From: Candidatus Parvarchaeota archaeon
GTDB lineage: Archaea; Nanobdellota; Nanobdellia; WJKC01
Assembly: GCA_030615175.1 (NCBI GenBank)
Contig: JAUWZX010000001.1
Span: 652,044 to 716,043 of the forward strand
DNA length: 64,000 nt
Direction: 5' to 3'
The stretch's first letter is position 1. Every line of letters starts with the position of its first letter. Of this stretch, positions 30,005 through 40,071 are shown piece after piece. The notes under the pieces are model-generated. The model was not told the DNA's origin, searched no databases, and saw only the letters and a list, made by a program, of their open reading frames with translations. Position numbers and translations under genes: made by a program.

Positions 30005-30814
30005 TTAACTGTACAAGTGTTTTACATCATCACTAAGCTGATTATCATCACTAAGCTGATTACTTTCATCATCACTTATTTTAAACCTGTTAAAGCGTTT
30101 ACTAACCATTGCGTTAGATGCGTTAACAAAGCTGTAAAACTTGCAGTAAATCACTTTAAAATTTTCTAATAACTTAATTAATTCACCGCTCTTTTCAGGA
30201 AAACTCTTTTTAATATTGCTTATAAACAAGTCCTCAAGTGAGAGGTCAAATTTGTAATCCTTTAAACCCTTTATGAATTCAGAAAAAAATTCAGTGAAAG
30301 ATTCATATAAATTAAACGCGTTTTCACTGTGCTTATTAAGTTTAATATTAAAGTCGTACAAAATAATGTTCTGCTTGCTAAGAGATGCATTATAATCTAA
30401 CTCATTTAATTTCTGGTAAATCTGTTCATTCTTTTTTAATAATTCATAAAACTTGTTTTTCTTTTCAGGATTCCCATTCATAAGTTCCTGCCTTAAGAAT
30501 TCTCCAAGGTCGCGATTTACACTTGTTAAATAACGAAATAATTTGGTGTTTAAGAAGTATTCAAGACCTGTCTTACCAGCGAATTCATTAAAACCCAAAT
30601 CTTCAAAACCCATTATGCTTAAATATTCATTAGCCATTGTCCAATTAATTAAAGTGCTTGCTTTATCAAACTCCAGTTTCCTATTACAACTTAGGCACTC
30701 ATAACTAAGCTTCTTTAATGAATTTAATTTTTCAGCATCACACTCAACGCTTGCCTGAACCTCTTTAATGAAATTCCTTAAGTCCTTAACACGTTTTTTA
30801 TATTCATTCAGCAT
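30005..30814 (-). CDS. Helical hypothetical protein, paralog of 21197..21982
   Basis: Shared blocks with the paralog; short NQLSDD repeat; ends HLYS. Confidence 0.75.
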   Translation of the reverse strand: MLNEYKKRVKDLRNFIKEVQASVECDAEKLNSLKKLSYECLSCNRKLEFDKASTLINWTMANEYLSIMGFEDLGFNEFAGKTGLEYFLNTKLFRYLTSVNRDLGEFLRQELMNGNPEKKNKFYELLKKNEQIYQKLNELDYNASLSKQNIILYDFNIKLNKHSENAFNLYESFTEFFSEFIKGLKDYKFDLSLEDLFISNIKKSFPEKSGELIKLLENFKVIYCKFYSFVNASNAMVSKRFNRFKISDDESNQLSDDNQLSDDVKHLYS

Positions 30815-30900
30815 AATTTAAATAGTTAATAGAGATATTATATAAAACTTGTGTTATACTAAAATTTTAATAGTCATTAATCCATTAAAGGAGATTACTA

Positions 30901-31632
30901 ATGAAATTCTATGAATTAAGCAGGGAGGAAAGGACTAAGTTAAGGACTGGGATAATCAATGAAGTGAAAAGAAGGCAGGGATTCTTAAAATACGCGGCCA
31001 ACGAAGATGTGTATATTAGGAAGATTGCTGCAAGGACTATTGGTAAGGTTAAAAATTTAGGATTTCTGAATTCGCATATGAATGATGATAATGAATTTGT
31101 AAGACAGACTATTGGTTATGCATTATTATGGATTGGGAAGAAGAATCCTGTACAGGTTATTAGTAATTTAAAAGAACTTGCAAGTGATGGCAGCAAGCAT
31201 GTTAGGAGCGCGTGCATTGAAGCATTAAGGGGGATTGGAAAGAGCAGTCCAGGCCGGATGGTGAATTTATTAAAGCCATGGCTTAAAAGTGACAATCCTA
31301 ATATCAGGGCGTGCGCTGTGAATGGTGTTGAATTGGTTGGCAGGGATGTTGACCCTGATATTGCATTTAAGTTATTAAGGCTTGTTCGAAATGATGCTGA
31401 CGTGCAGTGTGAATTAATCCGCGTGCTTGTGCAAGCAAGTTATAAGTATGGTCCTAAGAAGACTTTTATTGAATTAAGGAAGTGGAAGGTGAATGCAAGC
31501 GACTCTGTCTTAAAAATCATTAATGAGGCAGTGAGTGAAATCCTTTCAATTCATAAGGACAAACCAAGACTATGCATCAAGTCATACAGGGAAGTTTTAG
31601 AACTTTCAAAAAAATATAAATTAACTACTTAA
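30901..31632 (+). CDS. HEAT-repeat protein (DNA alkylation repair-like)
   Basis: Repeats DDNEFVRQ, DGSKHVRS, SDNPNIRA. Confidence 0.8.
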   Translation: MKFYELSREERTKLRTGIINEVKRRQGFLKYAANEDVYIRKIAARTIGKVKNLGFLNSHMNDDNEFVRQTIGYALLWIGKKNPVQVISNLKELASDGSKHVRSACIEALRGIGKSSPGRMVNLLKPWLKSDNPNIRACAVNGVELVGRDVDPDIAFKLLRLVRNDADVQCELIRVLVQASYKYGPKKTFIELRKWKVNASDSVLKIINEAVSEILSIHKDKPRLCIKSYREVLELSKKYKLTT

Positions 31633-31693
31633 AAGTAATAAAAATAGTAAGGTTTATAAATGCCCTTTGTGTTACTACCTATTGGTGATTAAT

Positions 31694-31849
31694 ATGTTGA
31701 TTAGGGATTTTGAAACTTTCAGGGTAAGGTGCAGGATTTGTAAAGTAGTTAAAGAAAGAGAGGATTTCAAGAGGATGTCCTACAGGATTTGCACTCAGTG
31801 CAAGGATGCTTACTACAAGAGGATGGCTAAAAGCGTTATGGCATCCTAA
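31694..31849 (+). CDS. Small zinc-finger protein
   Basis: CRIC..CTQC; GGTGA RBS. Confidence 0.6.
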   Translation: MLIRDFETFRVRCRICKVVKEREDFKRMSYRICTQCKDAYYKRMAKSVMAS

Positions 31850-31869
31850 AGAAAGGAGGTGTAGTTAAA

Positions 31870-32169
31870 ATGACTGAAGAGAAAGTTATCAAAGAATATA
31901 TAAAAGGAACTGAAGAGATGGGCGGAGCTCCTAAATATATATGGTGTGATGAGGATTTTAATTCTTACGAAAACCCGGAAAAAGCATTATGTGGAATAAA
32001 TAATGATGATAAAGGAGAATATATTTTATTTTATAGAAAAGATCTTCCGGAAATCATTAAAGCTCTAGGTAATCTTTCTACCAGATTAAAAAGACTTGAA
32101 GATAGTACTGAAGATGAACGAATTGACCGCACTAAAATAAAAGCATTATTTGAGGCTCGGTACGGTTAA
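31870..32169 (+). CDS. Hypothetical protein
   Basis: Strong GGAGGTG RBS; 99 aa. Confidence 0.7.
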   Translation: MTEEKVIKEYIKGTEEMGGAPKYIWCDEDFNSYENPEKALCGINNDDKGEYILFYRKDLPEIIKALGNLSTRLKRLEDSTEDERIDRTKIKALFEARYG

Positions 32170-32186
32170 TAATCAATATAATGAGC

Positions 32187-32621
32187 CTAACTTCTTTTAT
32201 ACCTTCCAATTACTTCTGTTTTTGCAAGGATGATGCCTCTTATTTTATCCAGAAAGTTCTGCTTAGTCACTCCTTCCAATTCCTCAACGCTTAAAGCGTA
32301 CACTATGAAGTAATACCTGTGAACCCCGCTGGGAGGGCATGGACCGCCGTAAGATGTCCTGCCAAAGTCATTAATTACTTCAACTCCAGGCACGGGACCA
32401 TGTTTAGGAATGCGGTTCTCATCCGCCGGGATGTTAATAATTATCCAGTGAATCCAGTTGCCTGCAGGGGCATCAGGGTCATGGCAGTAAAGTGCAAAAC
32501 TCTTAGTTTCAGGAGGAGCCCTGCTCCAAATTATTTCAGGTGATGCGCCGTCGCCGTCGCAAGTGTACTCGGGCTTTATCAGGCCATTCTCTCCAATTAA
32601 ATCAGGCATTTCAAGTTTCAT
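32187..32621 (-). CDS. YbhB/YbcL (PEBP) family protein
   Basis: YTCDG, DPDAP, WIHW, YGGPCPPSGVHRY. Confidence 0.95.
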   Translation of the reverse strand: MKLEMPDLIGENGLIKPEYTCDGDGASPEIIWSRAPPETKSFALYCHDPDAPAGNWIHWIIINIPADENRIPKHGPVPGVEVINDFGRTSYGGPCPPSGVHRYYFIVYALSVEELEGVTKQNFLDKIRGIILAKTEVIGRYKRS

Positions 32622-32646
32622 GTTTAATAACAGAACAAGTAATTGC

Positions 32647-33639
32647 TTAAATAAGTTTAAGCCCTAACTTCTTTGCAAGATTATACACTTTCTTAAATTC
32701 ATCACTTGTTAAGCACCTGTTAATCTCAGGGTAATTGTAAGCCTTAAAGCAAGGTCTGTACTGAGACATTACATTAATCACTGCCTTGCCTTTGACGTTC
32801 TCAGCCAGCCACTTAATTATTGGCACTGCATCACACTCAACGTGGTTAGGAATAATTAATACTCTTACTAATAAATCACCCCGCTTCACAGCAAGTTTAT
32901 GATTCCTCGCAGCAATCTCAGGGTAATTCCTCGTATCACTTAATTTCATGCCGCACGCGTCACTGAAGTATCTGAAGTCAAACAAATACAAGTCAATAAC
33001 TTTGCTGAGCAATTCCATGCATTTACTTGAACAGTAAGCATTACTGTTAAAAATGATTGGGATATTCACGTCTAATAATTTTAATGCCTTTAGTATTGCT
33101 GGCACGTTGGGGGTTGGGTCCCCGCCCACTAAGTTAATGTTGCGGCAGCCTCCAAGCCGCATATCCTTCATCCATTCAGCCATCATTAACGGATTCCACG
33201 GCTCGCCTGCCTTGTAAGTAATGCTTTCAGGAGCGTTCTGGCAGTATAAGCACTTCATTGTACAGCCAGCAAAGAATATCGTCGCGCTGGGAGTGATAAA
33301 GGACTCTTCACCCCAGTGAGTGTGCGCTCCGAAAACGCGTGGATTAGGACCTACACCGCAGAAACCTTTTGTTTTATGTCTATTAATCATGCATTTACGC
33401 TCGCATAACTCGCACTTCTTAAGCATTCTCTCTCCTAACTCAATTTTCAAGTCCAAGAGACTCTTCTTAACGCTCTTTTTTGAAGGCGCCTTTTTTAGTG
33501 ATTGTTTGTGAATCCTCCATAACTCATCATCACTCATTCTCTTATTAAAATTAACGCTCACTTTCTTGGACTGCAGGAACTTCGCTGTTTCTTCATTATT
33601 AACTATTTTAGTATAATGGGAGTGCACTTCTCGAATCAT
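32647..33639 (-). CDS. Radical SAM protein (PflX-like)
   Basis: CELCERKC, HWGEE, CTMKCLYCQN, NINLVGGDP. Confidence 0.92.
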   Translation of the reverse strand: MIREVHSHYTKIVNNEETAKFLQSKKVSVNFNKRMSDDELWRIHKQSLKKAPSKKSVKKSLLDLKIELGERMLKKCELCERKCMINRHKTKGFCGVGPNPRVFGAHTHWGEESFITPSATIFFAGCTMKCLYCQNAPESITYKAGEPWNPLMMAEWMKDMRLGGCRNINLVGGDPTPNVPAILKALKLLDVNIPIIFNSNAYCSSKCMELLSKVIDLYLFDFRYFSDACGMKLSDTRNYPEIAARNHKLAVKRGDLLVRVLIIPNHVECDAVPIIKWLAENVKGKAVINVMSQYRPCFKAYNYPEINRCLTSDEFKKVYNLAKKLGLKLI

Positions 33640-34121
33640 TATTTTACCCTATGATTCCTCTTCTTCCTTTTAACACTTATTTGCCCGTCCGGCTCTAACC
33701 GCGCAATCCTTGCTTCTGAAAAATGCTCAACATTTTTCTCCCTTAAGCGTGAGCGCAGCTCTCCCTCCGTCATCTTTGACTTCTTAAGATTCTCCTTGAT
33801 TAATTTGCCGTTCTTAACTAATATTATAACGTCGCCTTCAATTAACTTGCCTATGCTAAGCGGCGCCTTAAATAATAACTTCTCAATAAAATAGATTAAG
33901 AAAACTATTGTTGTAATAGCAGTCATTGACCTCACGATTGAAGTAACATTATCAGGGTAAATCATCACGTCACCCACTGCAGAGCCTAAAGCGATTATTA
34001 TTATTATGTCAAATATGGTGAACTGGACTAACTGCCTCCTGCCCCTGACGCGCATGACGAGGAAGGTGAAGAAGAATATTAATGCTGTTCTAATAATTAC
34101 TTCAATAACTATGTTAATCAT
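33639..34121 (-). CDS. DUF421/YetF family membrane protein
   Basis: GRRQLVQFTIFD, LVKNG, LEPDGQISV. Confidence 0.92.
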   Translation of the reverse strand: MINIVIEVIIRTALIFFFTFLVMRVRGRRQLVQFTIFDIIIIIALGSAVGDVMIYPDNVTSIVRSMTAITTIVFLIYFIEKLLFKAPLSIGKLIEGDVIILVKNGKLIKENLKKSKMTEGELRSRLREKNVEHFSEARIARLEPDGQISVKRKKRNHRVK

Positions 34122-34207
34122 TAGAGATTACTTAATGACTGCATAGTATTTAAAATTTTATAATTCTCCCGCAACACTTTAATTCCTGTAATTACTTTAC
34201 TGTTTTC

Positions 34208-35515
34208 ATGCGCGTCATTCATGAACGCGAGTTCAAGAATAAGTTATCATTATTTGACGCGGTCATGCTTGGTGTTGGCTCAACTATTGGGGCTGGCATT
34301 TTTATCCTGTTATCTCCTGCAATTAATCTTGCTGGTCCTGCAGTCATTATTGCATTCATCTTTAATGCATTTATTGCATTTATCATTGCAGGCAATTACG
34401 CTGAAGCAGCAAGTTTCTCGCCTGTTGAGGGGGGCGGGTTTAGTTTTGTTGAAGAAGTTTACGGCAGGAAGGCGTTATTCCTTGGATGGATTATATGGCT
34501 TGGCAACGCTAGTTACGCCGCGCTCGTATCCATTGGCGTGGCTAAATTAGTTTCGAGTTTCCTGCCAATTAATGAATTATTCATCTCGGTTTCAACACTC
34601 CTATTATTCACTTTCTTGAACACTGTTGGCGTTAAAAAAGTTGCATTAATAGAGAAGCCTCTTGCCCTATTACTAATCATTGCATTATTAGCAATTACTT
34701 TATTCCTCTTCATGAACCCTGCGAATGACGGCTTCACTTCTTTCTCTGCTAATGAAGTGTTGTTAATTATTCCTGCAACCAGTTTATTATTCGTATGCTT
34801 CACTGGTTTTGAAGCAATAGCGACTATTTCTGCTGAAATTAAGAAGCCGAGAATTAATGTGCCTAAAGCTCTTCTCTACACTGTCGGGATAGTCACTATT
34901 ATTTACTTAACCTTAATTACTGCAATGTTTTACTCAACAAGCACTGATGCTCTTTCCGGCAGCAAGATTGCCTTGCTTGAAGCAGTGAAGTCGTCAAGCA
35001 TTATGCAAGTGGTTGTCATTGCAAGCGCTGTTATTGCAATGCTGTCAGTCTTGAACGTGACGTTAATGGCTGCTTCAAGAAATATTTATGCTCTTTCAAG
35101 GGATGGTTTCCTGCCTAAATCATTAAGTGATATTAACCAGCGCTTTGAGTCTCCATTAAAAGCGGTTCTGTTAACATTTTTTATTTCCCTGATACTGGTG
35201 TTTTCAAACCAGGTTGGGTTTGTAGCGTCAGTGTCAAATCTTTCTTACATGATTATTGTATCCAGTGTCGGTTTCGCTGTTTTAAAATTAAGGAAGTTTG
35301 AAGATAAGGATACTTTTAAGCTGCCGTTTCACCCTCTTGGTTCAATATTATGCATTATTCTGCCAATAATCCTTATTCCATTCCTTGAATGGCATAGTTT
35401 GTTAATCGGGCTTGCATGGTTAATAATTGGATTAATCATTAACAGGTATAACAAGCAAAGGCTTAGGAAGCCTAAAGGAATGCTCTCACCTGCTAAGTTA
35501 TCAGGCAGGCCATAA
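34208..35515 (+). CDS. APC family amino acid permease
   Basis: GSTIGAGIF, FTGFE, SRDGFLP; about 12 TM helices. Confidence 0.93.
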   Translation: MRVIHEREFKNKLSLFDAVMLGVGSTIGAGIFILLSPAINLAGPAVIIAFIFNAFIAFIIAGNYAEAASFSPVEGGGFSFVEEVYGRKALFLGWIIWLGNASYAALVSIGVAKLVSSFLPINELFISVSTLLLFTFLNTVGVKKVALIEKPLALLLIIALLAITLFLFMNPANDGFTSFSANEVLLIIPATSLLFVCFTGFEAIATISAEIKKPRINVPKALLYTVGIVTIIYLTLITAMFYSTSTDALSGSKIALLEAVKSSSIMQVVVIASAVIAMLSVLNVTLMAASRNIYALSRDGFLPKSLSDINQRFESPLKAVLLTFFISLILVFSNQVGFVASVSNLSYMIIVSSVGFAVLKLRKFEDKDTFKLPFHPLGSILCIILPIILIPFLEWHSLLIGLAWLIIGLIINRYNKQRLRKPKGMLSPAKLSGRP

Positions 35516-35520
35516 AGACT

Positions 35521-36393
35521 TTAAATTGCCAGTAAACTCAGCCCTGTTAGTATTATTCCTCCGCCAATTAACCTTGTAGTCACGTGTTTTTCCTTGAATA
35601 CTAACCAGCCCATGAGCACTATTAAGAGGATGCCTGAATAACTTATAGGGATTACGAGTGAAGCGTTGGCCATGTCAAGTGCTGCTACATACGGCGGCCA
35701 CTGCATGAAGGCGAAAACGCTTGCAATCACCATTATTAACAAAGTATTTCTTCTTATTGATTTCATATGCCTTAATGCTCTGTTCTTATTCTTTATTAAA
35801 ATTGAAATCCAGAATCCCAGGCTAAAGGCGTAAATCACTATTAGGAATGCTGTTGTATTAATGTATGATAACACTATTTTTTGCAGTGCATGGGCGATTC
35901 CGTAAATAATTGCAACTACGAGGAATGGAATGCCTTTGCTAGTGAAGATGAACTTTATTGGTTGAAGAATGTCTTTTTTCATTATTGAGGCAGTATAAAT
36001 TCCTATTATTAACAAGATAATTGCTATTCCCTGGATTAATGTCATGGTTTCCATCATTAATGTCACTGCAATTAGAACAGTGAATAAAGGGGCTGTTGAG
36101 GTGATTGGCGTGTAAAGGGATACGTCTTCTTTTTTAAATAAGAATGTGGCAGTGTATTCTCCTGATATTAAAAATGCTTCCATTAGTATCAGCCAAACCC
36201 ATCCTTCCAGTGTTTGCGGGAATACTGGTGCTTTAATAAAAAAAGAGTATAGTGTTAATGCCAATAGCCCGACCGCGTTTATTATTAACCCGTATTCAAG
36301 TGGTTTTAAGTTCTTAATAGCTGCTTTGGAGATTATTGTGCTGGCAGCCCATATTAAAGTAGATGCAAGTGCCAGTAAAAACCATGGTTCCAT
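35521..36393 (-). CDS. EamA/DMT family transporter
   Basis: Two EamA repeats, about 10 TM helices. Confidence 0.88.
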   Translation of the reverse strand: MEPWFLLALASTLIWAASTIISKAAIKNLKPLEYGLIINAVGLLALTLYSFFIKAPVFPQTLEGWVWLILMEAFLISGEYTATFLFKKEDVSLYTPITSTAPLFTVLIAVTLMMETMTLIQGIAIILLIIGIYTASIMKKDILQPIKFIFTSKGIPFLVVAIIYGIAHALQKIVLSYINTTAFLIVIYAFSLGFWISILIKNKNRALRHMKSIRRNTLLIMVIASVFAFMQWPPYVAALDMANASLVIPISYSGILLIVLMGWLVFKEKHVTTRLIGGGIILTGLSLLAI

Positions 36394-36403
36394 AAGTGGT
36401 TAT

Positions 36404-36919
36404 TCACCTCTTCTTCCATTTCAGGATTACTGCTTCCCTTCCTTTACTGTCAGTCATTGTTTCACTGGTTTCTTTAATAATGTATTGCCCGGTGATATTC
36501 TTGTTTTCTGCAAAATCATTTAAGTAAAATATTACTGGCTTGCTTGACTGGAAAAGCATGTTTCCGCCGTGCAATCCTTTGGGCGGTTCATTTCTGTATA
36601 ACGAGTTTTGGCTTCTTTTAAAGAATTTTTTTAATCCTTCATCACTTGTTTCAGCATCGCAGAGTATTGATTTCATGTCAATTTCTCCCTGTACCTTGTT
36701 ACTGGTGAATAATGAGTTGAATAGTAAGTCAACTTCATTGCTTCCCAACCGCGCTTCCCAGTCATTGCCTTTTATCTCTGCTGTGAATTGCGTTTCAGAG
36801 TCCATTAATACTTTAAGCAGTGTCCGGCCGCCAGGGTATTGCTGTACTGAAAACAGTTTAGCAGTTTCAAGGCATTGCGTTACTTTATTCAGGAAAGCCA
36901 TGTACTCTTCATGATTCAT
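36404..36919 (-). CDS. Hypothetical protein
   Basis: 171-aa ATG ORF co-oriented with the EamA gene. Confidence 0.65.
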   Translation of the reverse strand: MNHEEYMAFLNKVTQCLETAKLFSVQQYPGGRTLLKVLMDSETQFTAEIKGNDWEARLGSNEVDLLFNSLFTSNKVQGEIDMKSILCDAETSDEGLKKFFKRSQNSLYRNEPPKGLHGGNMLFQSSKPVIFYLNDFAENKNITGQYIIKETSETMTDSKGREAVILKWKKR

Positions 36920-37027
36920 TAAGGAAGATTGATTACTGAACTTGCTTAAATCCTTTTATATGCTAAGAGAGGGATAAATGTTGCTGAACAATAATTCTTA
37001 TAAGTGATTTATTCATTATTTCGTGTT

Positions 37028-37630
37028 ATGAGTGGCCTGCCTGACAGGACAAATTTATTGTTTATTATAGACGCTTTAGAGGTGAACAATAAAGTTGTGA
37101 AGAATGCATATTCCTTATACGCATTAGTTAAGAGATTAGAGAAGAAGAAGGGATTAAGGTTTGGTTATATTAAGTATTATGAGGATGAGGATGAAGTGGG
37201 AAAGTATAATGGGCTTCTTAACAGGGACATTAGTGTTTTGCGCGACGCGGGCGAGGTGTCGCCAAGGGGCGGTGAGATAGTGATGACTGAATTTGGACAA
37301 GGAATCACATCATATTTAAAAGGTTTTTATTCCAGTGCTTATGAGTCTATTAAGGATTTCATTGATGGGGAAGTTAAAGAGAGTCCTGAAAGTTTTTATG
37401 ACAGGGATGGAATGACTGTTAGAGGTATTAATACGCTTAACGGCGGAAAAGTTGATTTAAGTCTTTACAAAGTTGGTTTTCCTGATGGTAATGTCGTGTA
37501 TATTATTGGCAGGTGGGAGAAGGAAGTTGCGGAGAAATTGACTGAACACTTTGGCGTTAGTGATTTAGAGATTAAATTGCTTGATGAGGATTCTTACTTG
37601 ATTAATGATAAACTTATGCGTATTTATTAA
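37028..37630 (+). CDS. Hypothetical protein, possible winged-helix N-terminus
   Basis: LNRDISVLRDAG..IVMTEFG resembles a wHTH wing. Confidence 0.55.
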   Translation: MSGLPDRTNLLFIIDALEVNNKVVKNAYSLYALVKRLEKKKGLRFGYIKYYEDEDEVGKYNGLLNRDISVLRDAGEVSPRGGEIVMTEFGQGITSYLKGFYSSAYESIKDFIDGEVKESPESFYDRDGMTVRGINTLNGGKVDLSLYKVGFPDGNVVYIIGRWEKEVAEKLTEHFGVSDLEIKLLDEDSYLINDKLMRIY

Positions 37631-37904
37631 TAATTTCTTCAACTTCTTTCTTGCCTTTCTTTAATTCTTTTTCCTGTTCTTCATCAAGTCTTAATAATAA
37701 TTCCTGCAACTCGCCTACATGAGTTTTCTCTTCTTTTGCAATGTCAAGGAGGACTTTTTTAATGAGGTCGTCGCTGGATATTGCAGCCATTTGTTCATAA
37801 AGATTAATTGCATCTAATTCAGCGATTATTCCAGTCCTTAGTATTTCCTTGTTCAAATTTTCCTTGCTCACTTTCTTAAGATTAACTGGTATGACTGATA
37901 GCAT
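37614..37904 (-). CDS. Ferritin-like/rubrerythrin-domain protein
   Basis: AELDAINLYEQMA, DIAKEEKTHVGE. Confidence 0.9.
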   Translation of the reverse strand: MLSVIPVNLKKVSKENLNKEILRTGIIAELDAINLYEQMAAISSDDLIKKVLLDIAKEEKTHVGELQELLLRLDEEQEKELKKGKKEVEEIINKYA

Positions 37905-38076
37905 ATCCTTTTCATTAATCATTTCTTGTTTATTTCTTTTTCGTAATCTTTTAGTCTAAAAGAGTTCGGCAAACAACATATTAATGATTATCATGGCTTT
38001 AAGCATATCCTTATTAGAATAAAAGAAAAATAGTCAGAGGAAAGATATAAATTACTATGATTATTATAAGTAATTT

Positions 38077-38355
38077 ATGGTAATGAAGAAAATGGATAAA
38101 AAACAGTGCTGTACAATGATACCGAAAATACTGGTTTTCATGGCAATAGCATTCATAACAACATTACTATTGATAAAATTATTATGGGACTGGATAATAC
38201 CAGATTTATTCCCGGGACTGGTAGCGCAAGGATTATTAATTGGGATAATGAGCTGGGACACGGCATTTAAGATGGCCATACTAGCAACAATAATAATGGT
38301 AATAAAAGTAATGAAGAAAAAGCACTATATGTTGAAACACTATAAAGGAAAATAA
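38077..38355 (+). CDS. Small membrane protein
   Basis: Two TM helices; LWDWIIPDLFPG. Confidence 0.7.
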   Translation: MVMKKMDKKQCCTMIPKILVFMAIAFITTLLLIKLLWDWIIPDLFPGLVAQGLLIGIMSWDTAFKMAILATIIMVIKVMKKKHYMLKHYKGK

Positions 38356-38473
38356 TTCTTTTTTTTTTAAATTATTTCACGTAAACAAGGAATCAATATC
38401 ATTCCTGCAGGCAAAGTAATTATTATAAGGTTTAAATACCAAGGAATTCTTGGTTTAATAAGTGGTTGATTAA

Positions 38474-38671
38474 ATGACTCAAAAAATTAAGATTTCAAAA
38501 TTTCCTTTTATTAAAAAGGCAGGCAGGAGTAAGTTAGTTGATAAAGAGAAAATAATTTGCTTTAAATGCAATTATAAGAAGATTCACACATGGGCTTGCA
38601 CTATTAATGTTGTATCAAAGTTAGATTATAAAAATAATGCTTGCAAATATTTTAAGGACTCTGGAAAATAA
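38474..38671 (+). CDS. Small Cys-containing hypothetical protein
   Basis: CFKC..C..CKYF. Confidence 0.5.
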   Translation: MTQKIKISKFPFIKKAGRSKLVDKEKIICFKCNYKKIHTWACTINVVSKLDYKNNACKYFKDSGK

Positions 38672-38715
38672 CAATAACAGAAATACTTTTAAATAATTTC
38701 AAGTTTAGTTTTATA

Positions 38716-38898
38716 ATGCCTGTTGGATATTCAGAGTATAAGGGACATAAATTAATTGTTTTAAAAAGTGATGAGGAATCCAGATATCCTTTTAGTTTTG
38801 GCAAGAAGAAGGCTAAACTGATTGTTGAAAACTTTGAAGCAATTAAGGTCTTTGCAGAGGAAGAGTCCCGTACGGAAGAAGTTGTAAAAGAAGATTAA
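38716..38898 (+). CDS. Small conserved hypothetical protein
   Basis: SEYKG..PFSFGKKKAKLIVENFEAIK pattern; TATA-like element upstream. Confidence 0.7.
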   Translation: MPVGYSEYKGHKLIVLKSDEESRYPFSFGKKKAKLIVENFEAIKVFAEEESRTEEVVKED

Positions 38899-38982
38899 AA
38901 ATAATTTTTTTTTAATTAACTTCTTAACTGTAGACTTGAAGATTCAAGTATAACGTGATTGCATAATTACTTACTGTTTCAG

Positions 38983-39288
38983 TTATTTTTTGCTTTTTGC
39001 TTTTTTCTTTTTCTTAGGTTTTACTTCTTCTTTCACTTCTTCCTTTACTTCTTCTTTCACTTCTTCTATTATTTCAACTTCTTCAGCTTTGGGTCCTCTA
39101 TCCCCCATAACTGTTTTAAAGGAAACTCTGTCTCCTTCTTTAATGATTTTTCCTTCTCGCCACTCGTTTATTCCGCTTGGGCCGTGGACAAAGTAATCTT
39201 TGCCATCATCCCCTGAAATAAATCCGAATTTTCTTAAAGTGTCAAAAAATTTTACAGTCCCTTCTTGCTTTACATCGTTTTTTGCCAT
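38983..39288 (-). CDS. Cold-shock domain protein with KEEV repeats and a Lys tail
   Basis: GTVKFF, FGFI, DYFVH, GDRGPKA. Confidence 0.93.
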   Translation of the reverse strand: MAKNDVKQEGTVKFFDTLRKFGFISGDDGKDYFVHGPSGINEWREGKIIKEGDRVSFKTVMGDRGPKAEEVEIIEEVKEEVKEEVKEEVKPKKKKKAKSKK

Positions 39289-39439
39289 AAAAAGGGTTAT
39301 ATGTGGGCACAATTTATAAACATTTTTATTATATGCCCGCGCAACGCCATGAGTTAAGAAAGAGCTTAATAAAGATTTTTTTAAAAAAATAATAATAATT
39401 TAATATTGTTTTATTCTGCTATTTTAAGTAGTTACTAAT

Positions 39440-39742
39440 TTAGAAGTTCTCAGATTCTTCTTTAGCTTCTGCAGGTTTTTCTTCTTTAACTTCTGCAGGT
39501 GGTTCTTCTATTCTTTGTTGCCTTGGTTCTATTCCTTTTCTCTTTAAGTAACATTCTTTACAATAGACAGGTCTGTCGCCGCTTGGCTTAAACGGTACTT
39601 CGCATTCTTTTCCGCATTCAGCGCAGGTTGCTTTATGCATTTCTCTTGGTCTGAAACCACCGCTTCTGTACCCGCCGCCTCCTCCGCCTCTGTAACCGCC
39701 GCCGCCTCTGCCGCCGCTTCTTCTGCCTTGATTATACGCCAT
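39440..39742 (-). CDS. CxxC-x17-CxxC domain protein with an RGG-rich N-terminus
   Basis: REMHKATCAECGKECEVPFKPSGDRPVYCKECY; GGAGG RBS. Confidence 0.92.
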   Translation of the reverse strand: MAYNQGRRSGGRGGGGYRGGGGGGYRSGGFRPREMHKATCAECGKECEVPFKPSGDRPVYCKECYLKRKGIEPRQQRIEEPPAEVKEEKPAEAKEESENF

Positions 39743-40071
39743 ATACATCCTCCTTTTTGTTTTTATAGAGATAGACAATCATTAAACTAATTGCTATTCT
39801 TGTCTAAATAAATTTTCCACCCCTTTATAAATCTATTTCTTTAAGTTAATTTAATAATTCTTATTAAAAGATGACGCTAGGGGCAGGAGAGGCACCAGGA
39901 ATTACATGAAGAAGTTTTAAGAAGTAAAATAAGAAAATTATGTAATTATACAGTACAATTTACAAATGAAGAAATTAAAGCATTGCCCAAGGACTTCACA
40001 CTATAAAAGATGATATCCTGCCCGCAACTAACGCATTTATTAGATTAAATTTATTTTTATATTAAGACAAC

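Noticed and set aside
32647..33639. Radical SAM protein as the sulfatase maturase
   Set aside because: The motifs are PflX-like and there is no C-terminal SPASM cysteine cluster.
37614..37904. Encapsulin system
   Set aside because: A ferritin-like protein is present, but no shell gene or cargo-loading peptide is visible in the window.
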